Below the pieces are notes generated by a model, which was given only the letters and a program-made list of their open reading frames with translations, was not told the origin of the DNA and did no database searches. Source: Cyanophora paradoxa CCMP329 (taxonomy: Eukaryota; Plantae; Glaucophyta). From it: a stretch of 43,366 nucleotides of DNA. Shown one piece after another: positions 1 through 11,378 of the stretch; position 1 is the stretch's first letter, and each line of letters begins with the position of its first letter. The stretch covers positions 1 to 43,366 of the forward strand of contig QPMI01000660.1 of NCBI GenBank assembly GCA_004431415.1, written 5' to 3'. Position numbers and translations under genes: made by a program.

Positions 1-2092
1 TCCCCCGCCGTGATCGCCGCCAGCCCGAACCGCACCCCGTTCTACCCGCCAGATGAGCTCGAGGCGGGGCAGGGCGCGCGCGGGTGGGCGGGGCGGGCCG
101 TGGCGGGCTCGAGGAAGGGGTTTCCCGGGGCGGCCCCCGGGGTGGCGCGCCCGTCGGATCCGACCCCGCCGGCCGCGAGGAACGTGTTCGCCCCGATGCT
201 CTTGATCTGCGGAGGCGGTGAGCGCGGCGGCCGGGCGGCCCCCGCTCGCGGGCCCCGGGCGTGCCTTCTGGACGCGGTGTGCAACGCAGCTGCGAGGGGG
301 CCCGGTCAGGCAACGCGGACCGCGGGCGCGCGGCGGGTCGGGCAGGGGCGGGCGGGCGGGGCGGGGCGGGGCGGGGCGGGGCGCACAGGTCCTCGAGCTC
401 GCCCATGACGCGGTTGATGCGGGAGATGAGCCGCGGCGCCTCGGCCGCGGTCGGCGACGGGATGTTCGCGAGCTTCACTGCGCCCGCCCCGCCTCAGCCC
501 CGCCTCGGAGGGGCGCGGGGCGCGGGGGGCACCGAAGACGACGCTGGCGCCGTCGTGCCGCCGGTTGACCCGCCCCAGCTCGTTCTTCCGCAGCGCCGAG
601 AGGACCTGCCGGCGGGGTGGGCGGGGCCGGCGGGGCCGGCGGGGCGCGAGGGGGCGCACGTCGGAGGGGAGGACGTTAGAGAGGAGCGCCTCGAGGCGCC
701 GCGCCTGCTGCGCCGCCTTGGTCCGCGCCCGCGCCACCGTCGCCCCCAGCAGGAACGACCGCCGCGACGACGCCTGCCGCCGCTGGCATCGGCCCAGGGG
801 AGGGCGCAGGGGCAGCTGGGGGGGAGGCGGGGGAGGGGGTGGGGGGGTGGGGGGGGAGGGTCGCACCTCGGAGCCCTGGGCGGTGACGAAGAGGAGCCCC
901 GTGATCTCCGCGAGAGCGAGCCTGCGGGGCGGTCTCAGCGGAGGGGCGGGGCGGGGGGGGGGGGGGAAAGGGGGCGGGGCGGAGCGCGCCAGTAGAGCAC
1001 TCCGAGGGCGGCGCTGGGGCCCACGAGGAGGACGACCTGCGCGGCAGGGCGCCCCGCGGTTGGCGCAGGCGGGTCGCGGCAGGCGGGCGGGTCGGGGGCG
1101 GGGCGCGCCATCTCGATGACGAGGACGGCGACGATGAAGTAGGAGGCGATGCGGAGGGGCACGCGGAGCGTCAGCAGCGCCAGCAGCAGGAAGGGCGACA
1201 TCGCCGGGAAGTCCGCTGCGCCCCTGGCCGTGAGGCGCCGGCCCGGAGCACGGCGCGCGGGCGGCGCGGCGCGGGGGCGGCGGGGCGGGGGGGGGGAGGG
1301 GGGGGAGGGGGGGGGTGCGGGGAGCGGACCCTCGGAGCCGCCGTCGGGCTCGACCAGGCGGGACGCGACGTAGGCGGAGTAGTAGGCGAGGAAGAGGGGG
1401 CCCAGGATGACGCCCGCCACGAAGGAGGAGTTGTGGCGGAGCCAGGCCCGCCCCGAGCGGACCGTTGCGAAGGAGCCGGCAGCGGCGGCGGCGATGGCGA
1501 GGAGGGCCGCGCAGGCGCCGCGGCGGGGCCAGATGTCGGTGGCGGTCAGGTGGCTCGAGCGCCAGGCGAGGTAGAGGGGCCAGGCGGCGGCGAGGGCGAG
1601 GCCGACGATGGCGACGGTCCGCATGCGGGCGGCGGTCCCGTGGAGGTAGCTGTGCAGGAACTCGAGCTCGATGCGCCAGGCCTTGAAGCGCAGCGCCGCG
1701 TCGGTCCCGTCGCGCAGCTCCTGCAGGTAGGGCGAGCCCTGCACCGCCGCCTGGACCCCGTCCGTGGCGAGCTCCGCGTTCAGCTGCTTCGCGAGATCGA
1801 GGGCGGCCGCGGCTGAGAAGCCGTCCCGACCGATCGTCGAGAGCCGCTTCTTGGCGATGACGCCCTTCCTCGTGGACCCGCCCTCCTCTCCCCCGCGCGA
1901 CGAAGCGAGCGAGAGCGTGGACTCCCGCCGCGTCGGCGAGCTGCCCCGACGCCCGGTGTGTCGGTGGCCATTGCCGATACGCACAATCGAGCTGCCGCTC
2001 CTCTCGACGCGTCCCGGGTCGTCCCCGTTGCTGACGCTGGGGTGCGGCCCGCGCGCAGCGAGGGTGGTCTCCTCCTGCCGACCAGCGCCCAT
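1..2092 (-). CDS. Membrane-anchored class III adenylyl/guanylyl cyclase-like protein (multi-exon, 3' end off window)
   Basis: ATG at 2092 and several hydrophobic TM segments. Spliced reading then gives RRLEALLSNVLPSDVLSALRKNELGRVNRRHDGASVVFVKLANIP...PRLISRINRVMGELEDLCVAHRVQKIKSIGANTFLAAGG, matching the LLxNxLP...VLF(AD)I...LNxxFxxFD...KIKTIG(D)xYMAAxG cyclase pattern. Confidence 0.75.
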
Positions 2093-2837
2093 CTGAGCGA
2101 GATCAACGTCTCACTGATCTCACTTATGCTGTGCACGGCCTTCCACTGATGCTGTGACGGCCGGCAACTCCACTCGCTTCTTTCCAAGCACTAGTTGACG
2201 CTTTCTGGCGAGCAGACTGTGCAGGAAATCTCCCGTCCTACTTTCTCAGCTTCATCAGCCGCATCTACGATCATCGACCATCCCACACCTCGACCATCCC
2301 ACACCGTCGGGCCGGCCGTGTGCCGCACGCGCGCACCAGCTGCTGATCGGTACTCGATCTTGAATTTACTTAGCTAGAATCTTCAAGAAGCGATCGAAGG
2401 CGTCGTATCCGGGTCGGGGGGACTCGGAGTCGCTTGGATGGGAGGCGCGCTTATCGCTGATGCTATACTGTACCCCATCTCCTGTGTTGAATCATCGGTG
2501 TTGTTGTCCTAGTTCCGAGTCATTCGGAGTCAAACAGCCAAAGCCATTCAAGTTGAAGCCTCGCGGCGGCCTCCGGCGCCTTCGCTCAAGTTCGCTGTAG
2601 ATCCAGAGCTCCCTTGTTCTCAGCAGAGGCTGGGCAGGCGCTGTCCTGTACCTGGGCAGCCTAGTAGAACTCGCGCGTTACTGAACCAACCGGACCGGGA
2701 ATTCTCGGGGGCGTGTGGCGTCGCTTTCACATGCACATGGTTTAGCCACTTGAGAAGGCCCCGGCCGCGGGAGGAAGGCCAGCTCTGAGCTCCGGGTTCA
2801 GCGATCGGATCAGCCCGGGAGGCAAGTCTTCCGTGGG

Positions 2838-5700
2838 ATGATGCCTATGTTGAATCAGGGGGCTGGATATGGTACTGTGCTTGGTGCGTAGACTGCCGAG
2901 GGGCGCCCGCATCGACTGCTGACGCGGCGCTCCCGCCCTCGCGCAGGAATGGGGGTCTTCTTCTCGGGCGTGATCTCCGTCATCAACGGGGCGGAGAAGA
3001 AGTACATGCAGGAGCGCATGAGCAGCGAGGCGTTCCACACGGCGGGGCGCAGCGTGCGGACGGGCCTGCTCGCCTCCTCGATCGTCTCCTCGTGGACGTG
3101 GGCCGCCACCCTTCTCCAGTCCTCCTCGGTCGCCTACCAGTACGGCGTCTCCGGCCCCTTCTGGTCCGCCCCCGCCGCCGCCTGCCCCGCCCGCCCGCCT
3201 CGCCGCCGCCGCCTAACGCGCCGCGCCCCAGGTACGCCGCGGGAGCCTCCATTCAGATCGTCCTCTTCTCGGTGAGGAGTGGGGGCCCTGCCGCGCACCC
3301 CGGCTCCCCCGCCCACGCCCGCCACTGTCCACAGATCTGCGCGATTGCTCTGAAGCGCCGCGCGCCCAACGCCCACACCTTCCTGGAGGTCATCCATGGT
3401 ACCCCCCGCCGTCCGTCCCGCCTGCCACGCCCGCACCGGTCCGACCGCCAGCCGCCGCCGCAGCGCGGTACGGCCCGGGTACGCACATCGTGCTGCTCGT
3501 CTTCGCCCTCGCGTGCAACGTCATCGTCGTGCGCGGTATCCCCCCCCGCGCCCCGCCGCGCCCCGCCGACGCCCGGCGCGACGGCAGACGGCCATGCTGC
3601 TGCTTGGGGGCGCCTCCGTCGCCTCGCTCCTTACCGGCATGGAGACGAAAACCGTGCGTACCCCCTCGCCTGCCTTCCACGCTCTACCTCGCCGAAAGGG
3701 CCCTCAACGCCTACCCTTCTCCAGGCCGTCTTCCTGATCCCCATCGGCGTCATCATGTACACCCTCACGGTACCCCCATCTCCGAGTGCCCCGTACGCCA
3801 CGCGACCCGACGTGACGCGGGGTCAGGGGGGCCTCGGGGCGGCTCTAGTATCCGATTACATCCACACAGGCGTCTGTGCGCGGCGGCCCGGCGCGCAGCC
3901 CGAGGGGAGCAGGGCGGCCGGCTCACGCCTGGGGCGCAGTGTACGTGAGCGTGTGGGTCTTCATGTTCGTCGTCTATACGTCTTCGCCCCTCCTCGGCTC
4001 CCCGGGGGTACGCTTCACCCGCCGCCCCCTCGGTTCACCCCCTCCTGATCGCGTACCCAGGCAATGTACGACGCGCTGAAGGAGGCGGCGCGACGCGTGC
4101 CGGTAGCCGGGAACGTGAACGGGGAGTACCTCACGCTCGCCTCCTCGGACGGCCTCATGTTCGGCCTGATCAACATCGCGCGTCCCCCCGCGGCCCCCGC
4201 TGCGCGAGGGCCGGGGTGCGAGCCGGGGCGGGGCGGGGCGCGCAGGTGGGGAACTTCGGGTCGGTGTTCGTGGACCAGACGTACTGGCAGCGGGCCGTCG
4301 CCGCGCGCAGCAGCGCCTCCGTCTGGGGCTTCATCATCGGCGGCATCGCGGTGCGCCCGCCCCCGGCCCCGCCCCCGCCCCGCCCCGTCGCCCCTCGAGC
4401 CCCTCCCTTCGCCCCTTCCCTCCCCTCGCAGTGGTTCGCGGTGCCGTTCTGCATGGCCACGAGCCTCGGGCTCGCCGCCCGCGCCCTCGAGCCGCAGGTG
4501 CGCCCCGCGCCGACCTCCCTCCTCCTCCCGCCGACTTGCTCGTCTCGCTCGGGCAGCTCCTGCTGGACGCGCGGGAGCTGGACGGCTCCATCCTGCACGC
4601 GGAGGTCTCGGCCGGACTGGCGCGCCCGCCCTTGCCTCCCCGCCCCCCGCCCCGCCCCTCCTCCCCCTGAGAGGAGGCGCGCCGGCAGGTGGCGCCGTAC
4701 GCGGTGCACGCGCTGATGGGCCAGGGCGGCGACATCCTCCTCCTCGTGCGCCCCGCCCCCGCGCCCGCGCCCGCGCTCGCGCCCCGCGCCGGGGCCCCCT
4801 GACGCGCGGCCGCAAGCTCGCCGTCTTCATGGCCGTCACCAGCACGTGCTGCGCCGAGATGTGCGGCCCCGCCTCGCCCCGCCCCGCCCGAGGCGCGGCC
4901 AGAGCTGACGCCCCCCGCCCCGCAGGATCGCCGTCGCGGTGCGGGGGCAGGCGGCGGCCTCCTCCCCGTTCCCTTCGCCCTCGCGCCCTGACGCGGCGCG
5001 CGGGGCGGCGGCAGGCGATCGTCGCGTACGACATCTACCGCGCCTACATCAAGCCCGAGGCCCGCCCCGCCCTCCCTCCCTTGCCTTTCCCGCCCCGCGC
5101 GTCGCGGCGCTGAGGCGCGGGGCGGGGGGACAGGCGAGCGGGCAAGAGATCCTCAACGTGTCCCACATGACCGTCGTCGTCTTCGGTGCCGCCGCCGCCG
5201 CCCTCCTCTCTCCCCGCCCCCGCCCCCTCCGAGACGCCGCCGGCAGGCGTCTTCATGGGCGTCGCCTCCGTCGGGCTCCAGGCCGCCGGCATCTCCCTCG
5301 GATACCTGTCCGCCCCCGGCCCCTCGGTCGAGCCCAGCTGGGGTCCTCTCACGCGGCGCCTGCGCCCCTTCAGGTACCTGGCGATGGGGGTGCTGATCGG
5401 GGCGGCGGTCCCGCCGGTAGCTCTCACGGTGCTCAGCGAGCGGCAGACGGCGCAGGGGGCGGTGGCCGGCTGCGTGGGGGGCACCATCGCCGCCCTCCTC
5501 GCCTGGCTCGCCTCCGCCTACGCCGAGTTCGGCACCGTGCGCCCCAAGGCCGCACGCGCTCCGGGGGGGAGGCGGGGGCCCACGCGGCGCGCAGGTCACC
5601 CTCGATTCGACCGCGGCGAACCGCCCCATGCTCTTCGGCAACCTGACGGCCATCCTCTCCTCCTGGCTCATCTCCGAGGGCGTCTCCTACGCCGCGCGCT

Positions 5701-5732
<32 letters not shown>

Positions 5733-7302
5733 CTCGCCTCGCGCGGCGGCGAGGAGTGGCTCGCGATGAAGGTGCGCCAGAGAGCGAAGCGGAGGCGAGG
5801 GGGGGGAGGGAGCCGAGCGTGGGGCGGCGGGGCGCAGAGCATCGCGCTGCTGGACCCGATCGCGCAGTCGGACGAGGACGAGGGGGCCGAGGCGCGGGCC
5901 AACCGCAAGGAGCGCGAGGCCGCGCGCCTCCAGCACGTCGCCAAGTGGGCCGCCGCCGCGTCCGCTCGCCCCGCCCCGCCCCCTCCGCCCCGCCCCGCTC
6001 GCTCGCCCACCGGCCTCTCCCCTCGCACGCAGCACGTCCCTCGTCCTCGTCATCGTGATCCCGTTCCCCGTGCGCCGCGCCCCGCGCTGCCTCGTCCTCG
6101 GCCGGGGGCGGCTGACGGCGGGGGCGGGGCAGCTGCACGTGAGCCAGTACGTCTTCTCGCGGGGCTTCTTCACCGCCTGGATCGCCGTCTTCCTCGGCTG
6201 GGGCCTCGCCACCGGTGCGCCCCCCCCTCGCCCGCCCCCTCCTCCTCCGCCCCGCCGAGGGCCGACGCGGGGCGGGCCCCGCAGGGACCTTCGTGCTGCT
6301 GCTGCCCGTGTGGGAGGCGCGGCGGACGCTGCGGACGGTACTCGCCGGCTTGCACGCCGACGGGGCCCGCGCCGTGCGCTTCCTGCGGCCCTCGCACTGG
6401 GCCCTGGGGCCGAGCATGCACGGGCCGGCGGGCGGCGGCGGCCTCCTCGCCTCGGGCTCCTCCTCGCGCTATGAGGCGGCGGAGATCGGGGCCCTCGCCA
6501 AGGCCAGCAGCACATCCTCCGCCCGCCGCGCCGCCGCCGAGGAGGGGGACCTGGTGGCCTCCGGCTGCCCCGGCGGCAGCCGCCGCGGCTCCGTCGGCTC
6601 CGTCGCCGCTGCCGCCCCGCGTGGGACCGCCGCGGCTCCGCCGGTTCCGTCGCCGACGGGTACGGCCCCGACCCGGGCCCCGGCCCGGGCCCCGGCCCTG
6701 GCCTCGGCCCCGCGCAGGAGCTGCTCGCGGCGCGGGCGGTTGCGGCGGGCGGGACGGGGCGGGGCCCGGCGCCGGCCTCGCCGCCGCCGCGGCGCCTCTC
6801 CAACTCCTCGCGGATCGCCCCGAGGAGCTTTCGTTCTCTCTGTCCCCGTCCGCCCCCGGCGCCCACGGGCCGACCTCCCTCGCCGCCCCTCGAGCCACAG
6901 CCGCGGCTCCGGCAGCTCGGGGCCCGGCGCCGGCGGCACGCGCCTCGCCGAGCCGACCTCGCCCCCGCCCGACCGCCGGCCGTCCCCCGCCCTTGCGCCC
7001 GCGCCGCCCCCGTGCCCCAGACGCCGCCCCTCGCCGGCTTGGCTGCTGCCGCCCCCCCCACCACGACGCGCCTCTGGTCGATGGGCCTGGAGGGAGGTGC
7101 GCGGCCTCTCGCGCGCGCGCCGCGCGCCCCGCCCGCGGCCCCTCCACTCGTTGACGGCGCCCCGACAGAGAACGAGGAGGGCCGCTCCCTGCGCCGCGTC
7201 GCCCCGCGCCTGTCGGAAGAGGGGCGGGGAGCCAGCATGCGGCGGGGGGTCCACGCCGCCCTGCCCCCGCTGGAGACGTCAACCCGCCCCGAAATGCACT
7301 AG
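2838..7302 (+). CDS. DUR3: Urea active transporter, sodium:solute symporter family (multi-exon; 3' end approximate)
   Basis: Spliced peptides [130 protein letters not shown] are DUR3 hallmarks. The low-complexity tail after ~6400 is uncertain. Confidence 0.92.
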
Positions 7303-7890
7303 CGCCCTCCCCAGGCGGGCGCCGTATACTCAGCCCCCCCCCTTTTTGAAAGCTGCTTCTTTTTGCGTTCTCCGCGCTCGCTTCGATCACCGAATCAACG
7401 GTACTGTAGTGCTTGTCTTGCGACTTTTTACCTATCTCCCCCCGTCCTGATAGAGGAGAAGAGCCTGTAAATCTAGATTAATAAGACGGAAAATAAGAAC
7501 CTACATTTGATATTGATTCAATGATTATCTGGTGCACGTGGCGCCACGATGATACAGGCCGGGGCGGCCGCGGCCGCGGCTCGACGGTGTACCGTTTGCA
7601 AACTTGCTAACGTAAAACGTGAGCGCTGATCTGACTCCGGCTCCTGGCTTACGCGAGAAGCGCGAGTGCTCTAGATCTAGGTCTGGCTCGCCTTTTTATG
7701 CTCGTACCAGTATGCTCGTGTGCTCGCGTGAGGTTCAAGCTCTTTCGGCTCCAAGCCGAGGTTGAGCGGGGTACAGTGAAGTTCAGCGGCTTGATCTGAC
7801 CAGCTCCAGTCCGATCGCGTCCCTGTGGTCTCCGGGGCACGTACAAGCCGGTTTGAGCAAAGCGCCCGCTTCAGATAGCGCAGCTTCGCG

Positions 7891-10433
7891 ATGGGGCGAA
7901 ACAGGCAGAAGAAGACGCAGGGCTCGCTGGGGACGTCGCTGATGCGGGACCGCTTCGGCACGCGCAAGCCCACCAAGCACGACATGGTGCGTGGCAGCGC
8001 TACGCCGGCGCGCCCGGCGCTGATCGCCCGCGACAGCTCCACACGACGGACATCTTGGGCGAGTCGCGCAACCTGCAGTCCATTGTGGAGCGCAACGATC
8101 TGAGTGAGCTGCTGGACATGGCGATGCTGGCGGATCGCTCATTCGAGGCGGAGAAGGACAACGCGGTCCTCGTCAACGCGGCGACGGGCCTGCCCTTCGG
8201 GGTGCAGCGCGCGGGGCCCAAGGAGCTGACCGAGGAGCAGCGCGAGCGCTTGAAGGTCATCCGCATCCCGCGCCGGTGCGTGCGCCGCAGCTGGCGCGGC
8301 CGGCCCCGGCGCCGCAGCCGGCCGATCCCGCGGCCGGCGCAGGCCCAAGTGGGACGAGACGACGACGGCGGAGGAGCTCGACGCGAATGAACGCGAGTCG
8401 TTCCTCGAGTGGCGCCGCGAGCTCGCCCGGTGCGGCCCCCCTCCCCCAGGGCCCGCCCGCCCCCGCGCGAGCTGAGCGGGGCGGCGCGGGGCGCAGGATT
8501 GAGGAGGAGGGGGTGCTACTGACGCCGTTCGAGAAGAACATCGAAGTGTGGAGGCAGCTGTGGCGCGTGATCGAGCGCAGCGACATCGTCGTCCAGATCG
8601 TCGACGCCCGCAACCCGCTCCTCTACCGCTCCCAGGCCCGCCCGCCCGCCCCCGCCGCCCCGCCGCCCCGCCGATGCCTTGTCGAGCAGGACCTGGCGAA
8701 CTACGTGAAGCAGCTGGACAAGCGGAAGCGCAACGTGCTCCTCGTCAACAAGGCCGACCTCCTCTCCCAGAAGCTCCGGCGCGCCCCGCCCCGCCCCGCC
8801 TCGCCTCGCCCGGCGCCGCGACGAGGTCCGCTCTAACACAGGGCGGGGTGGGGTGCAGGCTGCGGTGGGCGCGCTACTTCGCGTCGCAGGGCATCGACTT
8901 CATCTTCTTCTCGGCGAACAACGAGCAGATCAAGCAGCGCGCCCGCGAGGAGGTGCCCCAGCCCCCGCGCCCAGGCACGCCGAGTGAGGAGGCTGTCGGC
9001 CTTGCTGATGGGCGGGCGGGCAGCGGGCGGCGGCGCTGGCGGCGCTGAGCCTGAACGAGGAGAGCGAGGAGCTGATGCTGCAACGTGCCGAGCGTGACGC
9101 CGCCCGGCCCCGCGCCTCGGACGAGGGCCCGCCCCGCCCCGCCCCCGCCCTGTCTGCGCCCAGCCGACCGGGCGGCAGGCCCCGAGCACGTGTACCCCAA
9201 GGTGCGGCCGCCGCCCAAGGAGGACGACGAGGACGAGGATGTGGACGAGAACGAGGAGGACGAGGAGGACGAGGAGGAGGATGAGGAGGAGGAGGCACCC
9301 GCGGGGGCGGCGGGGGCGAGCGAGAAGGGAGGGAAGGGGAAGGGGGGGAGCGTTGAGGAGAAGGCGGCGGTGGTGGAGGCGGAGGAGCTCGTCGACCGCC
9401 TCCTCGCCTCCTGCCCCCGCCGGCCCCTCAAGGCGCGCCCCCTCTTCCCCTCTCGGAGCCTCTCGGAGCCCGTTGGGGCGCTCTGACGAGTAGGGCGGGG
9501 GCAGGTGGGGATGGTGGGGTACCCGAACGTGGGCAAGTCCTCCACGATCAACGTCCTCTGCGGGGGCAAGGCCGTCGCCGTCTCCGCCACCCCGGGTCAG
9601 CCGCTCTCCCCAACGCGCCTCCGGAAGGCGCCCCTGCGCTCGCCTGAGGCCAGCGGCTCGGGGCGGGCGCAGGGAAGACGAAGCACTTCCAGACGATCAA
9701 GGTGAACGAGGACCTGACCCTCTGCGACTGCCCGGGCCTCGTCCTCCCCACCGTCCGCCCCGCCCGCCCCCACCGCACAGAGCCGCCGCGCTCACCGCCG
9801 GCGGCGGGCCGCAGGTGATGAACACAAAGGCGGAGATGGTGTGCGCCGGCATCCTCCCCATAGACCAACTGCGCGACCCGCGCCCCCCCACCGATGTCGT
9901 GCGTTGCACGTTTCTGCTGTGCACGTTTTGCTCCGCTGAGCGCCCGAGCTTCCTCGCTCCGCTCGCAGGTGTGCCGGACGATCAAGAAGCGGGTGCTGGA
10001 GCGGGCGTACGGCGTCGTCCTGCCCGACCCCGACCCGCTGCGGGGCGAGGACCCGAAGCGCCCGCCCCGCCCCGAGGAGCTCCTCCGCGCCTACGGCGGT
10101 GCCCGGCGCCCGCCCGGGGCCCGCCCCCTCGCTCCCGCCTCTGAAGCCGCTGGGGCGCAGCGATGCGGGGGTTCATGACGGTGCACGGGCAGCCCGACGA
10201 GTCGCGCGCCGCCCGCATCATCCTCAAGGACTACGTCAACGTCCGCCCCCGCCCGCCCTTTCCCCTGATGCGCGCGCCTCGCTCACGGCCGGCGGGGTGG
10301 GGCGCAGGGGAAGCTGCTCTACTGCTACCCGCCGCCACGGCTGCCCGGCGAGGATGATGAGGCCGAGGAGGAGAGCGAGGAGGAGGAGGAGGAGGGCGGG
10401 ATCGAGATCGAGCACGACGAGGACGACGACGAG

Positions 10434-10481
<48 letters not shown>

Positions 10482-11087
10482 GACGAGCTCGAGGAGGGGA
10501 AGCGGCCGGTGCGCGAGCCGGCGCCGCCGGCCGGCCCTGGCGCGTGCTGAGCGGGCGCCGATGGCGGCGGGGGCAGGCGCCGCTGATGGAGAGCTGGGGG
10601 GGTCCCCGCGCGGGCTCGGGGGCGGTCGGCAGCGCCGCCGGCAGCCGCGCCTCGACCGCCGCGCCGGCCAAGAAGAAGGCGGGCACTCATACTTTCCCTC
10701 CCGCCCCCCGACCCCTCGCGTCTGACCTCGCCGGCTCCCCCGTGGCAGGTGACGGGGGCCCAATTCATGGACAACGTGGAGGACGGGTTCTTCGAGAAGC
10801 AGGCGCAGGTCAAGGGCGTCGGCGCCCGCCGCTACCGCAAGGGCAAGGCGGGGGTGATGGGGCCGGCCGCCGCGGGGGCCCCCATGATGCGCTCGGGGCC
10901 CCCGGCGCCCGGCGTCGGCTCGCTCGGCCTCTCCGTAGGCGTTCGCCTCGAGAGCAAGGGCGCCGCCGCCGCCATGCTCGCAAAGCAGGGCGCCCCCGCC
11001 CGCCCCGCCTCCGCCTCCTCCTCCGCCGCCGCCCGCCCCAGGAGCGCCCCCGGCGTCGGCGTCGGGGGCGGCCCCTCGGGCAGGTAG
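7891..11087 (+). CDS. LSG1: Large subunit GTPase 1 (circularly permuted GTPase, 60S maturation; multi-exon)
   Basis: LTPFEKNIEVWRQLWRVIERSDIVVQIVDARNPLLYRS, LLVNKADLL (G4), FFSA (G5), VGMVGYPNVGKSSTIN (G1), SATPGKTKHFQT (G2), LCDCPGLV (G3), GQPDESRAARIILKDYVNGKLLYC. TAG at 11085-11087. Confidence 0.95.
10418..10490 (+). repeat. (GAGGAC)n coding microsatellite, Glu/Asp tract in LSG1
   Basis: Tandem gaggac units read directly. A similar acidic tract lies at ~9220-9295. Confidence 0.8.
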
Positions 11088-11378
11088 TGCCGGCTCGGTT
11101 CCGACCCCCCGTCTCGACCTACGGATGAAGGGTTCGCGCCTGGCCGCAGCTGCAGCCCGTAGCCCAGGCCTACCCCTGCGAATGCCGCCGGGCCTCCCCC
11201 AATCCAATGTGCAAGCAGCTGCATTCGGCATTCGAATCGCTCCTAGGATCGAACGCGAGTACGCATCGCGCGATCGGACTCTAACTAGTGCGCGAGTCGT
11301 GCGGAAGCGTGGGGGGGGGGGGGGGGGGGAAGAAGAAGGGGGTCGGAGCAGCGCGGGTGCGACGGGCGCTCCGGGGCG

